A stretch of DNA of 64,000 nucleotides, taken from contig CM120640.1 of the NCBI GenBank assembly GCA_051362555.1, positions 67,744,788 through 67,808,787 of the forward strand. Direction: 5' to 3'. The position numbers were made by a program, and so were the translations under genes. Position 1 is the stretch's first letter, and every line of letters starts with the position of its first letter. Shown here one piece after another: positions 50,540 to 63,376 of the stretch. Below the pieces are notes generated by a model that worked only from the letters and a program-made list of their open reading frames with translations, searched no databases and had not been told where the DNA came from. This DNA comes from Lingula anatina (taxonomy: Eukaryota; Animalia; Brachiopoda).

Positions 50540-51930
50540 AATATCTGCAAGAGTCCTACAATAACTATTTCCATTATTCAGCCTGCAACTCCATCTCCGC
50601 TGCATCTTGTCGAAACCTTACTTTTTCTTCCATCTCGATGCTTCTACCTTCTACCAGCAATTCCTCGAAAGTGGCACCGCTATCATATTTGTTTTTTAAC
50701 AGATGTCTAGTGGCATTAGAATGCTGCCTTTTTCTACTATATTAACAATAGCTTTATTATCAGAAAACCACTTCAATCTCGAGTCACTCAACGTGTTTGC
50801 CATGGAGTACAGTACCCTGTAAACAGCTATCAGTTCTCTGTAAGTAGAGCTCTCTGTCACTTCATCAGCTGACCATTCCTCCGTGACACACCCCTTTAGG
50901 TGTCTCCACACAATATTCTCCAAACCCAGTACTACTAGCATCAGAATAAACTACCTTATTGCACTGAGGTTAAAAATGTAAAATTCTATGATTTACTTCA
51001 TCAAGGTTCTGTATCCAAAATCTAATTTAACTGCATGCATCTTCACACCCAAACATTTTCTGATTCCAAGAAAGAACACATGAAATAACCATGCTAATAT
51101 ACTTCATCATTACTTGCACTACATTTCCCAAAACAATTGACATAGAAATAATCTGACCGACAAAACTAGCCAGACATTTAACGTGAACCAGTTGACCTCT
51201 ATTCACTTTTGTGAGAATATCAATGCCTCTTCTCTTGGCGCTTACTAATCTGCTATCAGGAACTCTGATTTCCCTATACCAATTCCTAATCAATGTCCAT
51301 ATCAATTCCTAAAATGGTCAAACTTTGTACCGGCGACCAAATAGATTTCTCACCCTTTTGCATAAAACCTGACTTGTAATAATAGCACTATATCTGGAGA
51401 TGCAAGAAAGCAATGGCAATGAATCAGCTGATTGGTCCCTATTCCAACAGCTTGTAGTTTGTCCAAAATATAATGCCGGACCGCGTTGTTGGCTTCAGTG
51501 CTAGTGTTTAGCCCTCTTCCGTGAAGAACTAGCACGTGGTGAGGCTCAAGGAAATGAAGAGCGGCCTCCAGATTACACAGTTGATCCTCCAACCTGGATG
51601 GCAACACTGACATGTCCAATCCTCTCTCCTAGTGCCGTGACTGAGGGGTGGTTGATTACCGACTGAAACTACGCCCATTCTGCTGAGGTGCAGTGGCGAA
51701 GTGGTGCATCCCGATGGCTATGACCCCGCCTTCTTTCTTTATTGCCTCCATTTCTCCCTCCTTGGGGTAGTGATTCGGGTCATAGTAGACCGCTGTAACT
51801 CCTCAGGGGAAGGACTTAACAAGGAGCGGAACTCCTCTTGTCCCTGGATCATAGTAACCAGATCCAACAGCACCTCCGATCTTAACAACCATGGTATGCG
51901 GCTGGACTTTCCCAGTCGCAGGTGCTCTCT
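50540..51930 (-). mobile_element. Decayed DIRS-like (tyrosine-recombinase) retrotransposon fragment: gag-like, RT end and RNase H
   Basis: DIRS-type RNase H motifs ESSTYRELIAV and KWFSDNKAIVNIVEKGS; post-RT LASFVGQIISMSIVLG; degenerate knuckle-like CQCCHPGWRINC upstream; multiple stops and frameshifts. Confidence 0.8.
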
Positions 51931-51937
51931 TAGGGCA

Positions 51938-53354
51938 TCAATACCCACTTGGTAGATTCCAGCTGGTAGATTCCTTTCTCACTCTTGATTGTTGAGGAAT
52001 GAGTGTTGAGGAATAGGAGGATTGGCTGGACGTTGACGGAGTGGGTGACAGAGTGGGTGACGCTGACCTTCTGAATGCCTGCACTCTGCTCACAGATGTT
52101 GAAAGACCCTTTACAAGCTTCTCTACTGATACCAATCCTGATTAGTAAAATCAATATTTATGTTGACATTTCACACAGTCATTTAAATTAGAATCTAATA
52201 ACAACTCTTCAGGTGAAAGTTAAGAATAAATATATTTCAAATAATCCACATTAGTGGTATTCTATTAATTTTGTCATTAAATAGCACATTTCTTAACCAA
52301 TAATTTTCATTTTTGATGTAATATAAGGAAGGAGTGCGTTCATTAGTTAGATAAAAAGTACTTTTGTACTTGTAATGTATTTTCAAAACTGGATAACCAG
52401 AAATATTCTTATAAGCAACTTGCCATGGCTTTAAATGTAGATTCAAGATTTCATCATAAGTGTTATATATGCAATTTCAAAACAAAACATGTCACAATTC
52501 ATATGTTAAAAGTACACACAGATCAGAAAAGAAAAGAAAAGAAGTCACCTCTCATACTGGCTATTAATGTGCTTAGAGTTGCAACCTCTTCTTCCAGTTT
52601 GAGATTCTTTTCTTTCAGCTTTCTCAGTTTAACCTTATTAATATAAAATAACAATTACACTGATGACCTTTAACTTAAAAAATGGAAGTGGAAACCAATA
52701 CAAAGGTCACAATGTCACAACTACAGAGTATAAAAATTAAACCAAAATATAATTATAAAGATCCATTTCAATAGCATTAAGACTGTGCGATATCAATACA
52801 GTCTGGCCATACTGTTAATAACCACTTGCTTCACATATAGCAATGCATACAAACCTGGTACATGTTTTCCTCCTCCTTGCACCCATCATCTTCATCTCCA
52901 ACTTCGGTCTAAGCAAAAATTTGATATTGCAAAATCATAATTTTTACTGTAGTAACACATTTCTAGTAATGTTCAGGGCAGAAATGACTCCGCATAAAAA
53001 AATGATTGTAACTCATGTAAACTGTATTTTTCCCGAACTTACCAGCCCTTGGTTGACCCAAGGAGTTATAACAGAAGGAGATGACACGCAAGCCTTTCTA
53101 TTGTCCGATGTCTGTTACGGTGGGCGGAGCTAGCTACGGGGGGCCTCCGGTCTCAAGGTTTCGTCTGCGTCGCTCTCCTCAGCTTGGAGATAAATTTCAT
53201 ATGCGTTATTTCGTGTTAGAATTCGAGATCAGTAATGTCAAAGCGCCGCTGTATGCTGACGATTTTTTTCACAGGTAATTATTTGGACAATGTGCTGGAA
53301 GGGAACGATATCATAGAAAGCGATTATAAGGTGGTGACTGAGGATGGTCGCCAT
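51938..53354 (-). pseudogene. Four-exon coiled-coil-protein pseudogene with its 3' end abutting the DIRS fragment
   Basis: Exons 53354-53043, 52908-52855 (TEVGDEDDGCKEEENMYQ), 52633-52549 (VKLRKLKEKNLKLEEEVATLSTLIASMR) and 52137-51938 (S/T/P-rich) join in consistent phases 0, 0, 1 with GT-AG sites. Exon 1 carries four in-frame stops. Confidence 0.6.
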
Positions 53355-55759
53355 GAGCTCTTTTTAGTCGGTGATAGATGGCTTTTTTATGGCACAACCC
53401 GGTGAAAAATCACCAAGGAGAAGTCAAAAGAAAACGTCCCAACTGTGGTTTGTGAAAATGACATTCAAGTGAACGTCTGTCCTCACTGCCAAAGGACATA
53501 ATATTAATACATTAACGTTTGGACCCTCCTGCCCTTGGGTCCCATAAACATATACATTGTGACAGTGCCTACGCTTTGTGTCTGGTTTTAAATTTCTTAA
53601 AGTATTTTTTCTCTCACTCGGTATAATTTTAATATTATAATGCATTTAATTAAAATTTTAATCCAAGGTTGAGGCAATGCCACGACACTTCAGTTTACTG
53701 AATACTCGTTATAAATTTCTTTATCTTGGAAATTTCCCTTTTTTTCAGGATTATTTGACACGTACTAACACTGTTCATATTTGTCGGTAAACAAGTGCAC
53801 AGTGCTATACATTAAGAATAATTTTTATTCATTCATAAATATATTTATGTACAAAATATATCAGAAATTTTAGTATTCACTGAGCTCTTTAAAGTGAAAC
53901 AAATAAAGATGAGAATATTAAATTTCAAACTATTATTTACTATATTAACTTAAAATATCTTTTAAGTCAACTCTATACTCAAGCACTCTATACTCATGAA
54001 AGTAGCATCTGTGAGTAAAACCATTTTATTATATCAATAGAAGAACAAAAAAAATTTACACATAAGCAGTAATAAATGAAGTCATAAGAATGATTAAGTT
54101 GCTACAGTTTTCCAGTTTTATGCAGTCTATGATGGCATTTTTTTCAACCGTGCAAATAGAAATAATTATATTTTTTTTTATCTGACTTGCTGATACCAGT
54201 CTGTGCCAGATACTATTCCACTTACAGGCCAGCAAGGTCTGAGAATCTAATGGGCCGAATGAAAAAAAAAAATCCTAGAAGATAAAGTGGTTAATTCTTA
54301 CAAATAGGATAAAAAACATGGGATTTTCAAAAGGTTATTATAGATCAAGACAACACTTAGTAAGAACATTTATAAAATGTAACAGCTGAAAAAATTAACT
54401 GGTAAGTAAGCAGTAAGTGACTGCTTTAAAGAAATTTCACTGAAACAGAAATTTCACTGGCAATCAGGTAGACTGTTATACCATGGCAATCAACAATTTA
54501 TATATAGGTTTTGAATTTTTTTCCACGTAACAGTAACATAAAATTTATGTCCACTTTTGCAATGTATAGAGTCAGTTAGGTGACTGAAAATATTTTAAAA
54601 TGTCATAAAGGAGCACTATTAATTTAATGCAATCTCTGTTGGCCAGTCTTATCCAGTTTCTTCTCCAAAAAGGACAACTCAAGTGAGAATTTCTTCAGGG
54701 CCTTTTCTTCTGCCTTGCTAATGCCATGCCACTCAGAAAAGAGAGAAACCTGTAGGTTAGAAAAAAAAACATAATAATAGCATTATGAACTACTAGTATC
54801 CATGTAGACATTATGGAATTATGCAGTGAAGTTTAATGTGTCTTGTTATGACTTGACTGAAATAATGTTCACCACATAAATGAACAATTTACAACTAAAT
54901 TTATATAGAACATCAAGATTCATGATCACAAGCTAATAACCCCAAGAAATTGAAAGAAATTGTACTTATTACAAGAAATTATTTAAATCCGCCCTGGTTC
55001 CTACTCTTCTGACAGGACAAAAAGGGGATTTCAGAGAGGCTGGTTGCTAAAAGGAAAATGCCCAAGGTTGTTGTATTTTGAAAAAAAAATTAAAAAGGGT
55101 ACTGTTGTTAGTGAATGTTTAATGCATCTTAGGCATTATGACAAAAGTAACTTACCCCAGACACACTGACCTCCTTTTTTCATTGACATATTTTAATTTT
55201 TTCCAGCCTGACCATAATTCATATATTCAATGCAGCCTTCTCCCATATCTATAATAGAAAAAAAAAACTTGAGTAGTGTTAAGATATGCATGTCAAATTC
55301 ATTATCAGTTTTGAGAGAATTTCTGTTTCAACACTACAAGATGAAATATTTAATTTCAAGTAATGAATAAACCTTAATAGAGTTCTATTCTTTTGTAACC
55401 ACCAAGGCAAAGCTTCTTTCTTAAAATGAACTGAAACATCCAAGCTTGCCACCTAACATGCCAAAGTAGTGAAGTATAATTTAAGTAGAGAAGCAAGTAC
55501 CCCTTAATTATAGAGGTGTCTTACACAATAAGGTGTGTCTTACACACCTTGACTCAAAGAGAGATGTGTAGTGAGATAACAGGTAAAGTAATTGGTGGAG
55601 CCTAGGTGAACTTAAAACCTTAAGACTTTAAATTAAGAAGCACCAGGATTCATGTGTGTTCTTTTTTCAAAGGTTTAATATGAATTAAAACATATATGTA
55701 AAAAGAAGACTAAATAAGTTAAAAATAACTATACCAAAGACACTGTGAAGTCAAACTTC

Positions 55760-57720
55760 CTGTTAGACCGCCATGATGGAAAATGCTGGGTGGAGGCAAA
55801 ATTTTCCAGTCAAAAAAACTGAGCACTTTACTTTAACAACAAAGTTACCACTCCAAAGCCACCCACCATGGTGAGAAGAAAAATGATGACCAACTGTCAT
55901 GATAAGTCTTTTTAGATTTAAACATGAAAAAGGTAAAGGCCAAAATGGTACATTTACCCATAACACTAGAGTAAAAAATTGGTATTCTGAACGAATCAGG
56001 TTATTTTTTTCAAGAAATATTGGAGCAGTATCCATGCAATATATACCACGCCACGACCAAGATGTTCAAGAATCTAAACACACCAAATTTTTTTATAATC
56101 TTGCATTTGAAAAGTACAAAAAGCAGTAAGGCTTTTGGCCGTAACAAGCGTAACACTTTTTGATCGGAACTCATGAAAATTGTCAATTGTCGTATCCAAG
56201 CTAGACCACATGTAAAATCGCAAAAAAAAACAATACTGCTCAAGCAAGTGTGTTGCACACATAACAATTAGTTAAATTTTATGACTGTCATGTGACACAA
56301 GTTTCAAAAAGTAGGAGGAAAATGTCTTTTGGAGTAATTTTTTTTCGAAATATTAACAAGATGGCGGCTTAAGCATCTGCTTGTTATTCGGCTACTGAAA
56401 GTGCACCTAAGTTTTATTCTTTGCTATTGACACAAATTACTTAACAATTGCAACTGTATAATAGTCCATGAGCCAAATTGAAAAAAGGCCTTATTTAAGG
56501 ATTTGGCTGCACCCCCCGTCAGGCAAAGGTTTTAGGATTGATTCTTATAGTTTAGAACCTGAATTTTTCATTTCTGCTTGTTTCCGGCTTGAAAAAGTGT
56601 CCGTTTGTACCGGAAACAGGCCAAATCCAAGATGGCCGCCAGTAAATTCATGTGTCAACTGTAAATACAAAAATTGATTTAAAAGTTACTTAACAACTTA
56701 ATATTATCAAAATTTGCACTGATCACAAGTACTTTGGCCTTCTTTGATTTTTCAGGCACTTTACATTTTTCAAGATGGCGACTGAATCCAAGATGGCGGC
56801 CATTTTCCTTACTTTTTGTGAAAAAATACAAATACCTTAATTTGAATTTTTTTTTTATTAACCAAAAATTAGGAATATTTTACATGTTTTGATGTATTTG
56901 AATAAGTTGAAGTCTATATTTTTAATTTTTACCAGTTAATTTATCACAAAATTGTACATTTGAACACAGATGGCTCTAATCCAAGATGGCCACCACATAA
57001 AATGGGCTTTTTGTTTTGATATGTCAACAAGAGTTTCTCAGTATAAAACATCTCAGACTACTTAATGGAGGATTTATTGCACAGGTCATGGTATGAAATG
57101 TATGACTGAATAATTTAAATTGTTTTGAGATTTTGTTCAGGGTATAAAAATCCAAAATGGCCGCCAATTTCTGAATTCAAAACGTACATTATTTTGATTT
57201 GCATGTTAAAAAACATTAAATTGAATAATTAGCAAATTAAAAATATTTATTTTTAGATAAATTTATCTGTATTGCAATCTCATTTTGCTTCTTGGACACT
57301 TTATTCTGTCAAAAAGTGGTTAATTTTTCTTCATTTATCATGATTCCAAGTTTGCCATTGATAAAAATGAACTGCACGCTACCCGTATGGACAATACCAT
57401 ACGTTATGAGCCTTACGTAAAAGGCTATTTCTGAGCTTTATTTTTGAAGTATGGAATGGAATATATAACTGAATGATTCAAAATGCTTTTAGGCTTGTAG
57501 TTTAGGGTTGAAAAGTCCAAAATGGCCGTCAATTTCTGGATTCAAAACAAACGACATTTTGATTTGCATGTTGAAAAGCATCAAATTGAATGATGGGCAA
57601 ATGATTAAAGACTATATTTTGATAAACTGCAGTGTCCTTTTACTGTTTAGAATCTAATTTTTCCAAAAAGTAATTATCTAAGCTCCAATCATCAAAAAAA
57701 TTCAAGATGGCCACCAACAA
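55760..57720. mobile_element. Probable DNA-transposon remnant with dispersed CAA(G/A)ATGGC motifs and an internal duplication
   Basis: Motif at ~56358, 56628, 56771, 56789, 56982, 57153, 57518 and 57703; block 57140-57265 is repeated at 57500-57625. Confidence 0.5.
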
Positions 57721-58356
57721 AAATGAATTTTAGGTAAACATGGATGAAAACACACTGTTGAGTCATACTTTTATACATGCATATATATATATATATATAT
57801 GCCTGTGCTTAATAAGGTTGAGTGAATCTCAAATGCTTTGCCGTTTTCTTGAACAGAAATTGATGCATTATACACAAGGGACAGCAATTCTTTTCAGCAG
57901 CAACTATATAGGTTAGTAAAATGACAATTTTCAATATTGCAGACAAAATGCATGCCAAAAATGCCCTAACAAGAGTGACGTACATAATTTACAACTTAAG
58001 GATCAATAGTTTGTTATATGTGGGGTGGGCTGTAAAATTTAATTTTCATATGATAGCACTTCTATTGTTACATTTCAAATGGACTTGGCTTACTGGTACA
58101 TTGCTTGTTGAAAGTTCCCTGTCAAGCTTGACGAAAGAGCCAGGGTCTCAGTCAAAAAAGGGACTTACTAGTAGCAGTGATACGATTTCTCACCTTCTGC
58201 TAGGTGTTGATCGTAAAGAAGAATCAGAATTATCCTAATCTCAAGCAACCAAAAGGTAAAATCTTTAATTTATCTGAAAAAAAGGGATGGATAACATGCA
58301 GCTGTAGCATTATTCTACATGTATAAATCCGGGAAGCAATCACTATCATAAACTAA

Positions 58357-58580
58357 GGGTGCTTTCCCAGAGATTTAGATCGATCTAGAGATTAAGATTT
58401 AGATCGACCTAACTTCCTGGGGGTTCACGCTAAATTGCAGTCAGCCAAGCGGGCACCATAGTTAATTACCCCCTTACAGCTTTTAGTAGGCGGGACAGAC
58501 GCTTAAGCCGGCCAAGCTGACAGTAATCTAGTGAGACTCCCCACAGGGATAGATCGATCTAAAAATCTATGGAAATGGGG
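58357..58580. mobile_element. MITE copy 2 (same family as 47692-47930)
   Basis: See copy 1; terminal AGATCGATCT symmetry. Confidence 0.7.
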
Positions 58581-59199
58581 TGTAAGACCAGCAAAGAAGT
58601 TGCAAGAAAATGTCTGGATCTCCAAGAACATCTTTTGTCTCTTTAGAGAACAGTGCTGGATAATAATACATTCAGGGAACTCATGAAGTGGTGCTGCAAA
58701 GTGAAGTACATTGATGGTGAATGATGTATGGCACATGTAAGTGACGATGAAGGAGTTCAAGCACAACATGACAAATGATGTTTATGATACAATGTATATA
58801 TAGGTGCAGGTAATTCTTGCACTTCACCGATAGGTACTGCTCAATATGTTCCATGAATTCTTTTAAAATCCAACATCATTCTGTTGAGAGAAAAAATATT
58901 TGGAGATCCAAACATTGGAGAAACACAGACTAAAACAAACTTTCTTAATAAACTAATTAACAAATAGATCACCACCAAAATCTACTTACTTTTAGCCTAA
59001 AAAATGACCTATCCTGAACACTTCATTTAAGTCTATCCTGAAATTTTTGAGTTAGGCTGATAACAATCTGAGAAACCATAACAAATGGACAAGCGAAGGT
59101 GAAAATGTGACCTCGGAAGAGGTAATAAAGCATGCATACTAAGCTCCCGCATACATGTGTGTATATGGATCAGAGACCTGAACACAGGGCAAGAGGCTC

Positions 59200-59790
59200 A
59201 CTCTCTTAAAACAAAGGTGTTTGCACACAACCTTTGGCATCATCAGGCAAGCCAGAGTAACTATTACAGAAGTTTTAAACAGGCATTTCTGTGCTAAAGA
59301 AGACTAAGTTGACTTGGACATGTGAACTAGATGTATGTTGCATAGCAAAATCCCAAAACAGCTGTCACCTGTACTATTTGACCAATTGGTTTTGGGTAGC
59401 AATCTCAGAGGAAGACCATGGTTAAGACTTAAGGACTGAAACTTGCAAAAGCAGCCTGTTTAATTCCACACAGTGACACACTGGCAAAGGAGTAAACATT
59501 ATCTAGAGCAAAGTAGAATAAATCTAATTGTCTCTCAAAGAAAGACTAAAAGAGGTCAACAACTCGCTACAGCAAAATGAACAGACTTTGAAGCAAAATC
59601 ACCATGAAATACTGACATAAACCCTGTAACACCTCCCTTGCTTGTAGATTCTAAAACAGAACTTGCTTATAAAACATGGAAAAGATGAGCCATGAGAGAA
59701 TCCGACGTTAGAAGACTATGGATACCAAATTGAGACATTCATTGCTGCATAAGACTCTTAACTTGAGTGGTGACCATATTGAATATTGTA
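59200..59790 (+). mobile_element. Highly decayed RTE-clade LINE 3' fragments
   Basis: Frameshifted translation gives RRLS*LGHV..M...IPKQL...LFDQLVLGSNLRGRPWLRLKD, resembling the RTE C-terminal LRWLGHV.RM..RIPKQ.L.GEL..G.R.RGRP.LR.KD signature. Confidence 0.55.
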
Positions 59791-60035
59791 GACATGAAAC
59801 TGGTTTAAAATATTAAAAAAATTAAGCTTCTTAATAAAGTCTTAACTTTTTTAAATTATGTATTCAAGAAATATTTGACGTAATGATTGTCCCAGCCCCA
59901 TTATTTGAAAATCATTTGCAGTGGCACCCCATCTTGACTTTATTGATGTTTTTGGCCATTACTTACTAGCAAAAGGAGACTGGAATTCAAACAAATTAAT
60001 TAAATGTATAACTTTTTAGAATTAACATTTGATTT

Positions 60036-63000
60036 CGATTATTGTACCACCAGCGTTAGCGCTGGCGGTACACATGGTTTTAGTCCCGTCCGGTCCGTTC
60101 CGCCGGCTCCGCCGGCTCCTACGGCTCCGCCGGCTCCGCCGCCATGTTACCGTTACCGCTTCTCCTCCTAGACGGTAAGGGCCCCCATACCCATCTCTTG
60201 GATTTAGGTCACCTATAATCTCAACTCGTTCCACGTAAAATTTGGGCTTTGTCGGTATTGGGGTCTAGGTGTGGCATTCATTGCAATGCACCCTTGTCCA
60301 AAAATGGCAAAATTAAATACGGAAGGAATTATGGGAAAATTTTCTACAGACGGCTTTCCAAAAGTCATATGTGCAGATTTCAAATATGCCCTTGGATTTG
60401 ACCTTTGACCTTTATTTCAAGGTCAAACAGGCCAAATTTTTCAAAAAAATGAATTTTTTTACGAAAAAAAAATTATTTGCGCTGTTATTCAGACACCACA
60501 CAGACTTAACCAATAATATTATTGGAAAATGATACCCTTCAGGTCATCTTTCATCTCCGTGAATTTGGGGTCAATCGGTGCATTTTAACGGGAGTAGCGG
60601 CCATAAGATACCGAAACTGAAAACTGTCTCTAATTCGGGAACCGTTAATGCTAGAGACCCATTCTTTTTTGCATTTTGTAGAGCATGTAAAGCCCAACAC
60701 TGGGGGTGGTCTCTGTTTTTTTGTATTTCATACGGTTTTCGAGCTACGCTGTATCAAAAAGTACATATTGGTGGTGAAAGCAAAATGTGCAGTACGGTAA
60801 TGGATAATAAATTTTGAACTTTGGAAAAATAAAACATAAGGCTTGGCAAAGCAGACAACTTGTGGTCAAAAATGACATTATTTCATCAAATTTGAACTTC
60901 TGGAACTTCAGAGCACCTCCCATTTCAAGAATTTCGACCAAAATGACCTTTTCTTTATTTTAATTAATTTTTTCTGTAGGAAATTTATGGCACTTTAAGG
61001 TAACTCCAAAATTATAACATTTAGTACCTTATATCTCCAAAACTGGCAGAGATAGGTCCATAGTTACTATTGAACTTGAATAGGAAGTCATATACTGGCA
61101 ATCTAAATGTGACCTTGAAATTGACCTTTGACCTACTTTTCACCATGAATTGAACTTTGCAAATTTTGCTTCCCTTTTATCTCCAAAACTGGCAGAGATA
61201 GGTCCATAGTTTCTATTGAACTTGAATATGAAGTCATATACTGGCAATCTAAATGTGACCTTGAAATTGACCTTTGACCTACTTTTCACCATGAACTGAA
61301 CTTTGCAAATTTTGCTTCCCTTTTATCTCCAAAACTGGCAGAGATAGGTCCATAGTTACTATTGAACTTGAATAGGAAGTCATATACTGACAATCTTACT
61401 GTGACCTTGAAATTGACCTTTGACCTACTTTTCACCATGAACTGAACTCTGCTATTTTCTTTCTCTTTTAACTCCAAACCTGGCAGAGATAGGTCCATAA
61501 TTACTATTGAACTTGAATAGGAAGTCATATACTGGCAATCTAAATGTGACCTTGAAATTGACCTTTGACCTACTTTTCACCATGAATTAAACTTTGCAAA
61601 TTTTGCTTCCCTTTTATCTCCAAAACTGGCAGAGATAGGTCCATAGTTACTATTGAAGTTGAATAGGAAGTCATATACTGGCAATCTAAATGTGACCTTG
61701 AAATTGACCTTTGACCTACTTTTCATCATGAATTGAACTTTGCAAATTTTGGTTCCCTTTTATCTCCAAAACTGGCAGAGATAGGTCCATAATTACTATT
61801 GAACTTGTATAGGAAGTCATATACTGACAATCTTACTGTGACCTTGAAATTGACCTTTGACCTACTTTTCACCATGAACTGAACTTTGCAAATTTTGCTT
61901 CCCTTTTATCTCCAAAACTGGCAGAGATAGGTCCATAGTTTTTATTGAACTTGAATAGGAAGTCATATACTGGCACATATTGGTGGTGAAAGCAAAATGT
62001 GCAGTACTGTAATGGATAATAAATTTTGAACTCCGGAAAAATAAAACATAAGGCTTGGCAAAGCAGACAACTTGTGGTCAAAAATGACATTATTTCATCA
62101 AATTTGAACATCTGGAACTTCAGTGCACCTCTTATTTCAAGAATTTTGACCAAAATGACGTTTTCTTTATTCTAATTAATTTTTTCTGTAGGAAATTTAT
62201 GGCACATTAAGGTAACTCCAAAATTAAAACATTTAGTCCCTTATATCTCCAAAACTGGCAGAGATAGGTCCATAGTTTTTATTGAACTTGAATAGGAAGT
62301 CATATACTGGCACATATTGGTGGTGAAAGCAAAATGTGCAGTACTGTAATGGATAATAAATTTTGAACTCCGGAAAAATAAAACATAAGGCTTGGCAAAG
62401 CAGACAACTTGTGGTCAAAAATGACATTATTTCATCAAATTTGAACATCTGGAACTTCAGTGCACCTCTTATTTCAAGAATTTTGACCAAAATGACGTTT
62501 TCTTTATTTTAATTAATTTTTTCTGTAGGAAATTTATGGCACATTAAGGTAACTCCAAAATTAAAACATTTAGTCCCTTATATCTCCAAAACTGGCAGAG
62601 ATAGATCCATAGTTACTATTGAAGTTGAATAGGAAGTCATATACTGGCAATTTTACTGTGACCTTGAAATTGACCTTTGACCTACTTTTCACCATGAACT
62701 GAACTTTGCATATTTTTCTTCCCTTTTATCTACAAAACTGGCAGAGATAGGTCCATAGTTACTATTGAACTTGAATAGAAAGTCAGAGATAGGTCCATAG
62801 TTTCTATTGAACTTGCACGGAAAGTCATATACTGGCAATCTGAGTGTGACCTTGAAATTTACCTTTGACCTACTTTTTATCATGAATTGAACTTTGCAAA
62901 TTTTGGTTCCCTTTTATCTCCAAAACTGGCAGAGATATGTCCATAGTTTCTATTGAACTTGCTTGGAAAGTCATATACTGGCAGTCTAAATGTGACCTTG

Positions 63001-63376
63001 AAATTGACCTTTGACCTACTTTTCACTATGAACTGAACTTTGCAAATTTCTTTCTCTTTTAACTCCAAACCTGGCAGAGATAGGTCCATAGTTACCATTA
63101 AAGTTGAATAGGAAGTCATATACTGGCAATTTACTGTGACCTTGAAATTGACATTTGACCTACCTTATGATGAACTTAACTTTGATTGTACCATTTTAAG
63201 TTATATATATTTTTTGCATATTTTGAAAATTCTTGTTGATTGCATTTTTACAGCTTGTCAAGCACAAGACTGGTGGCTGTGTCCCTTATTTTGTGTATGT
63301 GGGGGTCTATACGAATGCGCTTGCTCCAGCTGGTGGTACAATATTCGGAGGCGGTATCGCCTCTCTGATCCTCTAG
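60036..63376 (+). mobile_element. Apparently complete Helentron-associated element (HINE) with a 146-bp satellite array and ~337-bp higher-order blocks
   Basis: 5' subTIR ATTGTACCACCAGC (60041-60054) inside hairpin GTACCACCAGCG-TTAG-CGCTGGCGGTAC, then a (CCGCCGGCT)n microsatellite. CTCCAAAACTGGCAGAGAT repeats at 61035, 61181, 61327 and onward (146-bp period). 3' subTIR GCTGGTGGTACAAT (63329-63342), hairpin GAGGCG-GTAT-CGCCTC, and a CTAG end followed by a T-run. Confidence 0.88.

Noticed and set aside
55156-55248. In-frame TGA considered as selenocysteine
   Set aside because: No redox motif or recognisable SECIS; pseudogene decay is the simpler explanation.
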